The notes beneath the pieces were generated by a model. It saw nothing but the letters and a program-made list of their open reading frames with translations. It was not told the DNA's origin and did no database searches. A DNA stretch of 64,000 nucleotides from Candidatus Woesebacteria bacterium (lineage in GTDB: Bacteria; Patescibacteriota; Microgenomatia; UBA1400; UBA12028), in the NCBI GenBank assembly GCA_040006915.1, contig JBDTWD010000004.1, positions 1,033 through 65,032 of the forward strand. Reading direction: 5' to 3'. Both the position numbers and the translations under genes were made by a program. This document shows positions 48,677 through 58,153 of this stretch, in pieces (position 1 is the first letter of the stretch; each line of letters begins with the position of its first letter).

Positions 48677-50694
48677 AAAGTCCTTACATCATACACAAAT
48701 ATATGGTCGTTGCCAAAAACCGCATGTTCTTTTTGGGAGAACAGTTCTCGCTCAGCTGGTGTTTGTAACTGCGCCGAGTCAATCAACAGATGTGTGATCC
48801 CATATTCCATTGCTTTCTCTTGTATTGTTTTCACATCGGACTCAGAAAATAGTAATTTAAGATTTTGTTCTTTCTCTTTAAAAGGTTCATTATGCGTTTC
48901 CAATAAGTACTTCCCAGCAAAGTAGCTTTGCTTTCCGGAAAAAGCTGCAATGTAGGTACTTTTACTTTCTAGTGAATTTTCGAGCGAAGCAGCAATTACA
49001 GAGGTGTCAGGGAGTGAACGTAGATAGGTGTACGCCTCCATTTGTTGCGATGAAACCGAGATACTATCTGTTCCATTACTATAGTTTGCAAACATGATCA
49101 CGGTTTCGTACAGAGATCTAGGAAGACAAAAAAGGAGTAAAACAATTCCTAATAGAAAACCTAAAAGCTTATTTTTCTCTATACTTTGAGCGCACAATAG
49201 TGCTGTCGTAACGCATAGGATCGATAGGCTCACAGCGAAGAAATTAAAGACGTTGAACCCTCCACTTACCTGGAGCGTAGTGAAGCCCAAAAGTGTACAT
49301 ACAAACACTGGAATCAAAAAGAAGACACTTCCTTCAATGCCAAAAATTCGGATCGTTTTCTTTGTCAGGATAAAACCAATAGCTCGACTTCCATGTATCG
49401 AGATAAGCCCGATAAGCACAAGTACAATATCGTAGAAAAAAAGCTTTGATGTCTGTTTGGTATATGTTGCTACTTCAATACGATTGACGAGCTCGCTCCA
49501 ATTCATGTTATTGGAATTGATCAGCAATTTTGGCCATTCCAAGGGATACCAGGATAATCCTCCAGCTCCTTTGTTGACCGGAAGGTAAATAGCTGCGATC
49601 ACCAGTGTATATACTAGTCCCAGTAGTCCTAAAGTACCCACATGTCGTCCTAATTTCTTAGGTGATTTTCTTTCTTGAAGAATATATCGAACAAAATCAT
49701 ATATAAATATTCCCATCCAACCAATTGCTAACGCGAATCCAAAATATACCTTTAACCCAATACAAATTGCAGATAGGAACAGAAGCAGAGAAAGTAATGA
49801 CCAGCGTCTATCCTTTCTCCATAGTAAAAAGAGCGATCCAATGACAAAAAAGAACAGTTTCCCAAACGTATGCGGCATATTTAAAAACTGGGTTGCCCCG
49901 TTATCAATAGCTGGATAGGCAAAAGAGAACGTATGGTGAGCAATCCACATAATAATCCAACCACTATCTGATCCAAGCAGTACAAAAAGGAGTGAAAAAA
50001 GAACTGCATTAGTGCGAAATTTTTCAGACTGTGTGAGTGTTAAGAAACGTACAAATTGTGCGACCGCAACTGAGGTCAACAATGAAATGAGTATTGGCCA
50101 CCATTGAAAGAAGAGAAAAGCCGCGGGCGTTTTAAATACCAACGACTGTTCAGAAATAATAAAATCAGACCAGTAATGATAGTTAATGACAGGTTGTCCA
50201 CTACTGCTAGGTTCTTGGGGAGGGAATGTGCGTTTCATCGATTCAATCAGTCCGAGGTGATATACACCGTCATAGGAATTTGCTCTCCAAAACCGCGTTC
50301 CACCTGCAATCGGCAAACCATTTCCAAACATTTGAAGTGATTGCAAGACAACGCCAAGGCAAATAATGATGACAACGCTCTTACTTGTCGACTGTAGCTC
50401 TGCTTTGCATTTCTGGAGAAAGGAAAAGATAAAAAATCTATGTATAAAACTTACAATACAAACGAAAAACAGGTACACAAAAGTAAGCGAGCGCATCCCT
50501 ATCCATCCAAAAATGTATCCCTGCGTTCCAAACAGAGCAATACCGACTACCATTGCGAGTAAAAACTGTAGAGAAGAGGAGCTTTTCAAACGAAGGGCAC
50601 GAACAACCAAGATTCCCGGTAGGAAAAAACACACGATGCTTGAGAAAAAAGTTACAACTGTGTGAAGAGCAAGATAGGAAAGAAGCGGACCCAT
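48673..50694 (-). CDS. Large polytopic membrane protein, putative GT-C glycosyltransferase
   Basis: 673 aa with more than 12 TM helices. Loop …RANSYDGVYHLGLIESM… resembles the DGVHY-type motif. C-terminal soluble domain of about 170 aa. Confidence 0.4.
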   Translation of the reverse strand: MGPLLSYLALHTVVTFFSSIVCFFLPGILVVRALRLKSSSSLQFLLAMVVGIALFGTQGYIFGWIGMRSLTFVYLFFVCIVSFIHRFFIFSFLQKCKAELQSTSKSVVIIICLGVVLQSLQMFGNGLPIAGGTRFWRANSYDGVYHLGLIESMKRTFPPQEPSSSGQPVINYHYWSDFIISEQSLVFKTPAAFLFFQWWPILISLLTSVAVAQFVRFLTLTQSEKFRTNAVLFSLLFVLLGSDSGWIIMWIAHHTFSFAYPAIDNGATQFLNMPHTFGKLFFFVIGSLFLLWRKDRRWSLLSLLLFLSAICIGLKVYFGFALAIGWMGIFIYDFVRYILQERKSPKKLGRHVGTLGLLGLVYTLVIAAIYLPVNKGAGGLSWYPLEWPKLLINSNNMNWSELVNRIEVATYTKQTSKLFFYDIVLVLIGLISIHGSRAIGFILTKKTIRIFGIEGSVFFLIPVFVCTLLGFTTLQVSGGFNVFNFFAVSLSILCVTTALLCAQSIEKNKLLGFLLGIVLLLFCLPRSLYETVIMFANYSNGTDSISVSSQQMEAYTYLRSLPDTSVIAASLENSLESKSTYIAAFSGKQSYFAGKYLLETHNEPFKEKEQNLKLLFSESDVKTIQEKAMEYGITHLLIDSAQLQTPAERELFSQKEHAVFGNDHIFVYDVRTL

Positions 50695-50705
50695 AAAGAC
50701 TCCTT

Positions 50706-51752
50706 CTATTTACGCATGACCATCTCGTACACTGCAAGTGTTTGTTTGGCGGTTTGTTCCCATGTGTATCGGGATGCTTGATCAACCCCCTTTTGGATAA
50801 GTCCTTGCAATTGACGTTCAGGCATGTGAAGCACTTTCATGATTGCAGTAGCGCACTCTTCTTCGTCATGGGGATGAAAATAGACAGCAGCATCTCCAGC
50901 TACTTCAGGAAGAGAACCACCTAAGGAGCACACAACCGGCGTACGGCATTGCATCGCCTCCAAGATAGGCAATCCAAATCCTTCGTATAACGACGGCTGG
51001 ATATATACTGTTGCTCCGGCATATAAAGCGGAGAGCTCCTGGACTGAATTAGTCCCCAGATTGTCGACAAAGTAAACGCGCTTCTCCATTCCGTGGGCCT
51101 TCACGGCACGATCTATCTCTCTGCCTTCAGAGATAGTTGTATCTTTAACATTTTTCCCAACCAGGACTAACGCCAATTTTTCAACTCTACTCATAGCTGA
51201 AATTAAGAATGGGAGGTTTTTATTGTAATTGATATCACCAACATACAGTGCATATTTCTTCGGTAGTTCGTGTTGTTTTCTGACTGAATCGACTATAGCC
51301 TGAGGTGGCTTGCGGATTTCTCCTGAAGCTGCAAGAGGAACAACAGTTATTTTTTCCGATTGAATTTTTAGATGCTCAATGATATCTCGTTTGGAAATTT
51401 GAGAATCGGTAATGACATGTGAAACCCCTCGCAGAGCCAATCGTTGCTTGAAAAATTTAACATTCCCTTTAATTCCTCGAGGATAGTGTTTCGCAAATAC
51501 GAGTGGAATGACATCGTGGATAGTGACAACTGTCGGTTTTGAATGGCGGAGAGGCAGTGTGGAAAAAAATAAGTCAAAGAACGGGTAGTGCACCAAATCT
51601 ATAGAACTCTTTCCTACTTCTTTGGAAGTCACAAATTCATGCGGAGTCGAAAGCAGGCGAAGCGCCTGGATTAATTCTTGGGTGTAGCGGCCTACACCTC
51701 TGATTGCGTTTGCGTTTTCTAATGGGGTTGTATCGATAAGTATCCGCATCTG
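50706..51752 (-). CDS. GT4 glycosyltransferase
   Basis: …PSLYEGFGLPILEAMQCRTPVVCSLGGSLPEVAGDAAVYF…. Start at MQMRILIDTTPL (51752); the ORF extends to 51785. Confidence 0.8.
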   Translation of the reverse strand, partial: QMRILIDTTPLENANAIRGVGRYTQELIQALRLLSTPHEFVTSKEVGKSSIDLVHYPFFDLFFSTLPLRHSKPTVVTIHDVIPLVFAKHYPRGIKGNVKFFKQRLALRGVSHVITDSQISKRDIIEHLKIQSEKITVVPLAASGEIRKPPQAIVDSVRKQHELPKKYALYVGDINYNKNLPFLISAMSRVEKLALVLVGKNVKDTTISEGREIDRAVKAHGMEKRVYFVDNLGTNSVQELSALYAGATVYIQPSLYEGFGLPILEAMQCRTPVVCSLGGSLPEVAGDAAVYFHPHDEEECATAIMKVLHMPERQLQGLIQKGVDQASRYTWEQTAKQTLAVYEMVMRK

Positions 51753-51848
51753 CATTACTCTATCTTTCTCGCCGTTCATATGCAAGACGCTCTCCCCCTT
51801 CTAAGATCCTAAAGATATGTAATAATCAAAAAAGTCATTCTGAATCAT

Positions 51849-53498
51849 ATGTATAATTTTTTAAAGTCCCATAGACCTCTTCTTACTCTTCTCTTTGTCT
51901 TTTTCATTGCTCTGGTCGTTCGTTTATATGCACTCGGTCAAATGCCACTTCACCTGCATCAAGATGAGATTATGAATGGGTATGTAGGTAGATACATTTT
52001 GCAAAATGGCAAAGATCTCTATGGAAATAAGTGGCCACTGCTGTACTTTGATAACTTTGGTGACTTTCCCAGTGTGATTCCCATGTACCTATCCGGACTG
52101 TTTACGTATGTTTTTGGCATGACCGAGTTTGCAATTCGGTTCCCAATCGCAGTTTTTGGAGCTTTAACTGTTTTCCCATTATATTTCATTATCAAAAAGT
52201 TGACGTACTCCCATACTACCGCGTTAGCCGGTGCTGTTTTTCTGGCCTTTTCCCCATGGCATATTGTACTTTCCCGAGCTACTGCCGAAGCCATACCGGG
52301 ATCAATGCTATTTTTGTGTGGTGTAGCGTTCCTGTTGCAAGCCTTTGAAACGAAAAAAAACTGGCGATACTATAGTGCTTCATTCCTTTTCTTTCTCTCG
52401 ACATATCTTTTTTACCATCCTTTCCGGATTATTGTCCCACTTTTCTTATTGGGAGCTTTTGTTCTCTTTTGGAGAAAAGCTTCAACTAAAATCCTTGCAT
52501 TCATGATGGTTTTCTTTTTCTTACTGACCTTTGGAATTTCTCGCACCCCTTGGGGGCTTGGTCGCTTTAAACAAACCTCAGTGTTCACTTTTAATAGCAC
52601 GACAAACAATAGAATTGATATGTATGCGCGAGATGCGGGACAAAATCATATTTTGGATTTGAAAATCTTTAACAATAAACCCCTCGTGTACGGACGAGAA
52701 ATCATCAGACAGTACTTCTCTTACTTGTCACCAGATTTCTTGTTTACTGATGGCGGACGACCCTATCGATACTTAGTCCCAGATCAAGGACTGGTGCAAA
52801 TTTCTCTCTTAGCAATCGCTGTGTTTGTCGTTGGCTTTGCATTGATCGATCCGTCCCAGTTTCTCAAGCAGCGATGGGACAACTCAAAAGTGTATTTGAT
52901 TAGCTGGCTGGTCCTTATTTCTCCTTTGACAGCCGCTTTGACATTGGACGAAGTTCCTAATGTGCACCGAAGCGCAGTCTTTGGAGTGACGCTTATCTTC
53001 CTTTTTGCATTCATTTATTTTCGATTCCAAGCATTCAAAACTTTTTCAAAGCCACTACTTATTGCGTTCTGGATCGCATTTTCACTAGAAACGGTTTATT
53101 TTTTCCATCAATATATTGTGCTCGCTCCAGCTGCAGAGGCTAGAAGTCGTTACGATGAACGAACTGAATTAGTAAAAAAGATCATCGAAGATAAAGGGAA
53201 ATATTCAGATGTTATCGTCACTCGAGAAGTCTTTTCCATTTACTATTTATTCTATACACACAACTTGGATGCCAATCTGGCAGGGAAATTCAAAACGAAC
53301 CTCGTAATCCCTGAAGTGGATAATCTTCACTTCATCGATAATGATTGTCCTACTCAGGAAAAGACACTTCCTCTCGGACCAAATTCACTCATCATCGATA
53401 TGCAACACTGTATCGTTTCCGATAAATACGAAACTACCAACGCATTCCCCGACAACTCACTCTATCGTACCTATCTCTACTCTCCCAAACAAAAATAA
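51849..53498 (+). CDS. GT-C membrane glycosyltransferase, PMT_2 (GT39/ArnT-like) family
   Basis: First loop …MPLHLHQDEIMNGYVGRYILQNGKDLYGNKWPLLYFDNFGDFPSVIPMY… carries the DE motif and G-D-Y/F-P pattern typical of PMT_2. 549 aa with many TM helices. Confidence 0.65.
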   Translation: MYNFLKSHRPLLTLLFVFFIALVVRLYALGQMPLHLHQDEIMNGYVGRYILQNGKDLYGNKWPLLYFDNFGDFPSVIPMYLSGLFTYVFGMTEFAIRFPIAVFGALTVFPLYFIIKKLTYSHTTALAGAVFLAFSPWHIVLSRATAEAIPGSMLFLCGVAFLLQAFETKKNWRYYSASFLFFLSTYLFYHPFRIIVPLFLLGAFVLFWRKASTKILAFMMVFFFLLTFGISRTPWGLGRFKQTSVFTFNSTTNNRIDMYARDAGQNHILDLKIFNNKPLVYGREIIRQYFSYLSPDFLFTDGGRPYRYLVPDQGLVQISLLAIAVFVVGFALIDPSQFLKQRWDNSKVYLISWLVLISPLTAALTLDEVPNVHRSAVFGVTLIFLFAFIYFRFQAFKTFSKPLLIAFWIAFSLETVYFFHQYIVLAPAAEARSRYDERTELVKKIIEDKGKYSDVIVTREVFSIYYLFYTHNLDANLAGKFKTNLVIPEVDNLHFIDNDCPTQEKTLPLGPNSLIIDMQHCIVSDKYETTNAFPDNSLYRTYLYSPKQK

Positions 53499-53503
53499 GA
53501 GTT

Positions 53504-54361
53504 CTATTTTCTTGTATCCCGTTGTACATACTTCATGTAGGCAATCGGAAAATGCAGCCCACTCATCAGCGCCCAAACGAATCCACTGAATCCATCCATA
53601 AATCCTTTATGACGAAAAAAAAGCAAGAAAAATGTTGTTATCGGCTTTAAGAGAATGTACTGAATAAATGAAAATGCATTTTTTGATATCTTCATTTGTT
53701 GTAGGTTATCTGCAGTCAGACTTGTATAACGATTAGCTCTCCAAAGATAACGAGAGAAAGTTGGATCAGCCATATGAATCATCGCTTCTGATAACCAACT
53801 CACTCCACCCTCTACAACCATCGTTTCATGTACATCTTTACAGGGCCAATAGGCAGTTCCATTTCGTACTAAACGAATGACCCCATCAGGATACACGCCA
53901 GAATGCATGAGGTAATGGCCTAAAAAATAGTTTTTCCGCGCAATAAAATAGCCATTAATCGGCGGAGTATCTGTATACCGTACATGGTCCCGTTGTTCCA
54001 AAAACTGGGTATGTTTGGCAAATTGTTTATTTAAAACAATTTGCCTGTGTTTCCCTTCAACTACTTGTCGAATTTCGGCTGCCAGTTTTTTCGGTATGAT
54101 CTCATCAGCATCTAAGAACAAAATCCATTCTCCTTTGGCATGCTTTTTAGCTTCCTCTTTGTTGAAATGAAACATACGTTTATTGCTCATCGGCAAAATG
54201 AGTGATCCATAGGATTTTGCAATCTCTACCGTCTTGTCTGTGCTTTCTCCATCAGCAATGAGAATTTCATCAACAATATCTTTCACAGATTCAAGACATT
54301 TTCCAATGTTTGCTTCTTCATTATGTGTTGCGATGATGACTGTTAGTTCTATCTTCTTCAT
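53504..54361 (-). CDS. GT2 glycosyltransferase (WaaE/KdtX-like)
   Basis: ELTVIIATHNEEANIGKCLESV…ILIADGESTDKT…WILFLDADEIIP…. Confidence 0.8.
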   Translation of the reverse strand: MKKIELTVIIATHNEEANIGKCLESVKDIVDEILIADGESTDKTVEIAKSYGSLILPMSNKRMFHFNKEEAKKHAKGEWILFLDADEIIPKKLAAEIRQVVEGKHRQIVLNKQFAKHTQFLEQRDHVRYTDTPPINGYFIARKNYFLGHYLMHSGVYPDGVIRLVRNGTAYWPCKDVHETMVVEGGVSWLSEAMIHMADPTFSRYLWRANRYTSLTADNLQQMKISKNAFSFIQYILLKPITTFFLLFFRHKGFMDGFSGFVWALMSGLHFPIAYMKYVQRDTRK

Positions 54362-54365
54362 ACTT

Positions 54366-56042
54366 TTATTCTTTTCTCCAAATCACCCAAATGATGTTTC
54401 GTTCCAGATCTTCAATATTCTTTACGATTGTTCCACCTGCAACTACTTTTGTACCTGAGGTGGCAATAAGTCCTTTTTGATCATCAGACAATGCATCTAT
54501 AAAGTGATAGTCGCCCACTTGCAGCAGTTCGAGTTGGTCCTTAGGTAAGCTTGGTTCGATTCCCTGCAGAGTAGCTGGATCATACTTGGTATAGAAGAGA
54601 TAGTACATCGCTGGCCGCCCTTGTTCCCTAGTAATGTACACTTGTTCATTTTCTTTCTTATTCTCCCCAATCCACTGGTATAGCTCCTTGTAGCCATATT
54701 GCCAGTCACTAGCGGCTTGTACCGGATACACGTTCATATACCAGTTGTGATATCTACCAAAAGAAAAGATATATATGCCACCAACTACACACATCAGTAA
54801 AGCGACGAGCCATTGTTTTTTTATTTTATGAAAGAGATAGACCATTCCGATTGCAGACAGGAGCGCAAAAGTCGGAGCGGCAAACAGAAATCGAAGGGCG
54901 TGGGGAGCAGGGGTAACTAAAGCAGCTGGTAAAGCCGCCAAGGCAATCCAAATAAAGAGCAACCCCATCTTTCTGTTCTTCTTGAAAGAAAGTAGTAATA
55001 CAGAAACGCTCACCAGAATGAAAAACCCATCTATCCAGTACAGTTCTCCGACAATCCCGTTCCAATGTCGATAGTTTCCATCTCCTCGCACGAACAGAAA
55101 GTTCGGTGAAAAGTGCGACACCCACTGTCTAAAGATGATTGCTCCAAAATACCAATAGCGGTGATAGATAATCTTTGCAAAGAAAGAGTTTCCATGGGCT
55201 GCAATTGCAGCATTACTGTCTAGGATGGGTTGCAACTGTGAAAAGATACTTGTATCAGTAAATCGTGAAGAAACTGCTTTGTTGTTTAGATTTAAGACAA
55301 ATGGAGCAACAGAGGCTATTGCAATCAAAAGTGATATCAACACTACACCTATGACTTTTTTTGGTTTTTTGGCGTGCTGTCCTCGATACCAACCATACAG
55401 CAAAAGCATCGCCCCTAGTGCTCCAATAAGAGGAGCAAACAATCGTGCGGCATGATACGTATACATTGAAAGGCTGAAAAAAATCACTGACAGTGGAAGT
55501 ATCCAGGGCTTCCGCCTGGCAGCACACAATAACCACGTACCCATTAAAATGAGCATCATCGCAAAATTCACTTCCCATCCGCCACGAGAAAACTGAATCG
55601 CCCATGGTTGAATCGCAAATAAGAATGATCCTACTAAGCCCACTTTTCCCTCAAACAGTTCTTTCCCAATTAAATACACTAAAAGCACTGAGATGATGCC
55701 TGCAATAGCCGAGGGCAAGCGAACAGTCCAAATGTTCAAGCCAAATACTTTTACGAACGGAACGATTGCATAGAAATATCCACTTGGTTTGTAGTCCCCG
55801 TACGAAGGAAAGGCAATAACGGGAAAAGAGTTACCATGATGATCCTTACCAGTTTTTGCAATCGAATACGCATCGTATCCCAATGCAACCTCTTCCCAAT
55901 ATGGGGATGGAGGAACTTTATCCAATTTATATATACGTAACAATCCAGATAACAATAAAATTATGCAGATGAGTAATTTTGTTTTCGAATTAGTATTTAT
56001 ATTCATATGCTTGTTTAAAATTCGTGTGCAATCGTCGTCCAT
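54366..56042 (-). CDS. GT-C membrane glycosyltransferase, PMT_2 (GT39/ArnT-like) family
   Basis: …LDKVPPSPYWEEVALGYDAYSIAKTGKDHHGNSFPVIAFPSYGDYKPSGYFY… has the same loop architecture as the gene at 51849..53498. Confidence 0.65.
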   Translation of the reverse strand: MDDDCTRILNKHMNINTNSKTKLLICIILLLSGLLRIYKLDKVPPSPYWEEVALGYDAYSIAKTGKDHHGNSFPVIAFPSYGDYKPSGYFYAIVPFVKVFGLNIWTVRLPSAIAGIISVLLVYLIGKELFEGKVGLVGSFLFAIQPWAIQFSRGGWEVNFAMMLILMGTWLLCAARRKPWILPLSVIFFSLSMYTYHAARLFAPLIGALGAMLLLYGWYRGQHAKKPKKVIGVVLISLLIAIASVAPFVLNLNNKAVSSRFTDTSIFSQLQPILDSNAAIAAHGNSFFAKIIYHRYWYFGAIIFRQWVSHFSPNFLFVRGDGNYRHWNGIVGELYWIDGFFILVSVSVLLLSFKKNRKMGLLFIWIALAALPAALVTPAPHALRFLFAAPTFALLSAIGMVYLFHKIKKQWLVALLMCVVGGIYIFSFGRYHNWYMNVYPVQAASDWQYGYKELYQWIGENKKENEQVYITREQGRPAMYYLFYTKYDPATLQGIEPSLPKDQLELLQVGDYHFIDALSDDQKGLIATSGTKVVAGGTIVKNIEDLERNIIWVIWRKE

Positions 56043-56656
56043 TCGGGATTTAAGACTAATCCAGACGTTTTAATTAAATCAAATTTTGAAAAACTGAAGA
56101 TTCCGAATTTTTCTTCTTTATATTTTCTTATTTCCTCGAGCAATTCATTCTTTGGTACATTTTGATATCGAACGAAGTTGATCCATCCTACGTATTCATA
56201 GGTCGGTATCCATATTGTAAAATCAGTGCCTTTCTCATTTATCTTAAATCGGATTTGTTCACGCAACTCGTGTAAAGAGAATCCTTTCGGATAAAAACTT
56301 AAGGACGCTGCAGACGTATTTGTACCACTTCCCCTGCAATCAAACTCTAATGATCTGTTTTCTAAGACGGTTTGAAGTTTTCCTATAAGCGTGTGTTCAG
56401 AAGTGGATAACGATATACCTCCTATTATCGTCATATGCAGCCTCTTTTCGGGATAGTAAAAATGATGAGGATCTATAGACTTTAATTTTTTTTGGATGTC
56501 CAAAATAATTGCAACTAATTTACTCTCAGGACGAGCTACTAATGTATAATTCTCCTCGCCTTTAGAATCCTTAAATATTTTCGTGTTTTTAGGATTAACT
56601 TCAGATAATTGTTGAAGACTTGCTTGATGAAAAGTTTGGAAAATATTTGCTTCCAT
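56015..56656 (-). CDS. Hypothetical protein (possible degenerate 2H-phosphoesterase-like protein)
   Basis: 213 aa with a single H-x-T-x motif (LHMTIIGG). The second motif expected for LigT/2H enzymes was not found. Otherwise unrecognised. Confidence 0.3.
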   Translation of the reverse strand: MEANIFQTFHQASLQQLSEVNPKNTKIFKDSKGEENYTLVARPESKLVAIILDIQKKLKSIDPHHFYYPEKRLHMTIIGGISLSTSEHTLIGKLQTVLENRSLEFDCRGSGTNTSAASLSFYPKGFSLHELREQIRFKINEKGTDFTIWIPTYEYVGWINFVRYQNVPKNELLEEIRKYKEEKFGIFSFSKFDLIKTSGLVLNPEWTTIAHEF

Positions 56657-56658
56657 AC

Positions 56659-58140
56659 TTATCTTCTGGCTATCCGGAAAGCGATCTTGCCGTCAGGGAA
56701 CTTCACTTCTTTTACAATATTGGCATTGTCTGGAATTTCATCTGCGGTTCCTATGACCAGTACTCTTTCCTTCCCTTGTGATTCTTTCCATGGATTATTA
56801 GCTATCGTGTAATTAGCAAGTCCTCCGTTTTGATATTGCACCGGAGTTAATTTTTTAGCAAACAGAATATAGATATATGCTTGCCCATACACGTTTGTAA
56901 AATAAACTCGATCGACTTCCCCCTCATGTGATCTAACATAGTTCATAACTTCATCATATCCGTATCCCATCTCCTTGAGCGCCGTCTCAGAACTGTACAC
57001 CGTCGCATATATTTGGATATAACTGACAAATGAAATCACGGCAAACAAGCTTACAAACACAGCTACTTTCCATGACTCTACTTTCAATCGGTTGGCCAAC
57101 GCAAACACTCCTATTCCTGCGGTGATTTGCACCCACGGAAGAGCAAGCAGCGCTCTATTACTATGTGGGACGTCTAAACCTAAAGCTGGAGGGATTAGTC
57201 CAATAAAAAATAGAACGGGAATCCACCAGAATTTTCGATATTCTTTCTGCATAACGATTGCAAGAATGCCGAACACAAACAGAATCAGTTCAACCGGATA
57301 TAGTACTCCAACTTGCCTAGTACTATGTCTATAGGTGATATCTCCTCCATACAGTAAGAAGGACGGCGACAAATGGGTAAGATAATGGTTTGCAAATTCG
57401 CTAACCATATTAGGTTTTCCAATGATTGTTGTCGACAAAGCCCGAGAGTTCGCTTTTCCAAAGACACTTGCATATCCTAAAGGCAATAAAATACCTATCG
57501 CTAGAAGCGTACCGATAATTAAAAGCTTCTTATGGCGAAAGAAATCTTTGTAATAGAGCGTACACAAAATGATGGCAGCCAGAGGCACAACAATCTTGGC
57601 GCTATGGTAGGCATATAAAGACAGCGCAAAACAAATATCTCCTACCACCATCCACACAGGTTTTGATCGACCTTTTAACCAACTAAAGATTCCAACTGAA
57701 ACCAAGAACGTCGCAAGCATCGATTCAAATCCCATTCGTGAATAATGGATCGCCCAAGGTGAAACTGCGATCAAAAACATCACAAACAAACTTACGTCTT
57801 TTCTCTTGGTAATTTCCCGAGTTAGAAAAAAACTGGTAATCACAAGGCCCGTTCCAGCCAATGCTATTGGTATTCGTACAGCAAACGGGGTTAAGCCGAA
57901 TATCAACACAGGAATTGTGGTGAGATAAATAAGTAAAGGTGATTTAAAGTCACCGAATGACTGGAATACGATTGGAGTACGTTTAAGCCATTCATCACGA
58001 TGATTTGTGATCAATCCGTACGCGTTGTAGCCAATTGCTGCCTCATCCCAAGTCAAACCAGAGGGAAAACTGCCGAGCTTGATAAACCGCGTAAGAATTG
58101 CTACAACCAAGATAATCAAAAAAAGTATTTTGTACTTCAT
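56659..58140 (-). CDS. GT-C membrane glycosyltransferase, PMT_2 (GT39/ArnT-like) family
   Basis: …GSFPSGLTWDEAAIGYNAYGLITNHRDEWLKRTPIVFQSFGDFKSPLLIY… has the same loop architecture. 493 aa. Confidence 0.65.
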   Translation of the reverse strand: MKYKILFLIILVVAILTRFIKLGSFPSGLTWDEAAIGYNAYGLITNHRDEWLKRTPIVFQSFGDFKSPLLIYLTTIPVLIFGLTPFAVRIPIALAGTGLVITSFFLTREITKRKDVSLFVMFLIAVSPWAIHYSRMGFESMLATFLVSVGIFSWLKGRSKPVWMVVGDICFALSLYAYHSAKIVVPLAAIILCTLYYKDFFRHKKLLIIGTLLAIGILLPLGYASVFGKANSRALSTTIIGKPNMVSEFANHYLTHLSPSFLLYGGDITYRHSTRQVGVLYPVELILFVFGILAIVMQKEYRKFWWIPVLFFIGLIPPALGLDVPHSNRALLALPWVQITAGIGVFALANRLKVESWKVAVFVSLFAVISFVSYIQIYATVYSSETALKEMGYGYDEVMNYVRSHEGEVDRVYFTNVYGQAYIYILFAKKLTPVQYQNGGLANYTIANNPWKESQGKERVLVIGTADEIPDNANIVKEVKFPDGKIAFRIARR

Positions 58141-58146
58141 AAGGAG
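58141..58146 (+). promoter_or_regulatory. Shine-Dalgarno sequence (AAGGAG) for the superoxide dismutase gene
   Basis: A perfect aaggag lies 7 nt upstream of the ATG at 58154. Confidence 0.45.
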
Positions 58147-58153
58147 TCAATGT

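Noticed and set aside
56015-56656. I considered a LigT/2H phosphoesterase assignment for the hypothetical protein.
   Set aside because: Only one H-x-T/S-x motif is present and the second catalytic motif was not found. I kept it as hypothetical with a note.
58079-58153. Longer N-terminal extension of the SOD ORF starting at 58079.
   Set aside because: The extension overlaps the upstream GT-C gene, has no SOD homology, and a perfect AAGGAG Shine-Dalgarno precedes the internal ATG at 58154, which begins the canonical SOD N-terminus.
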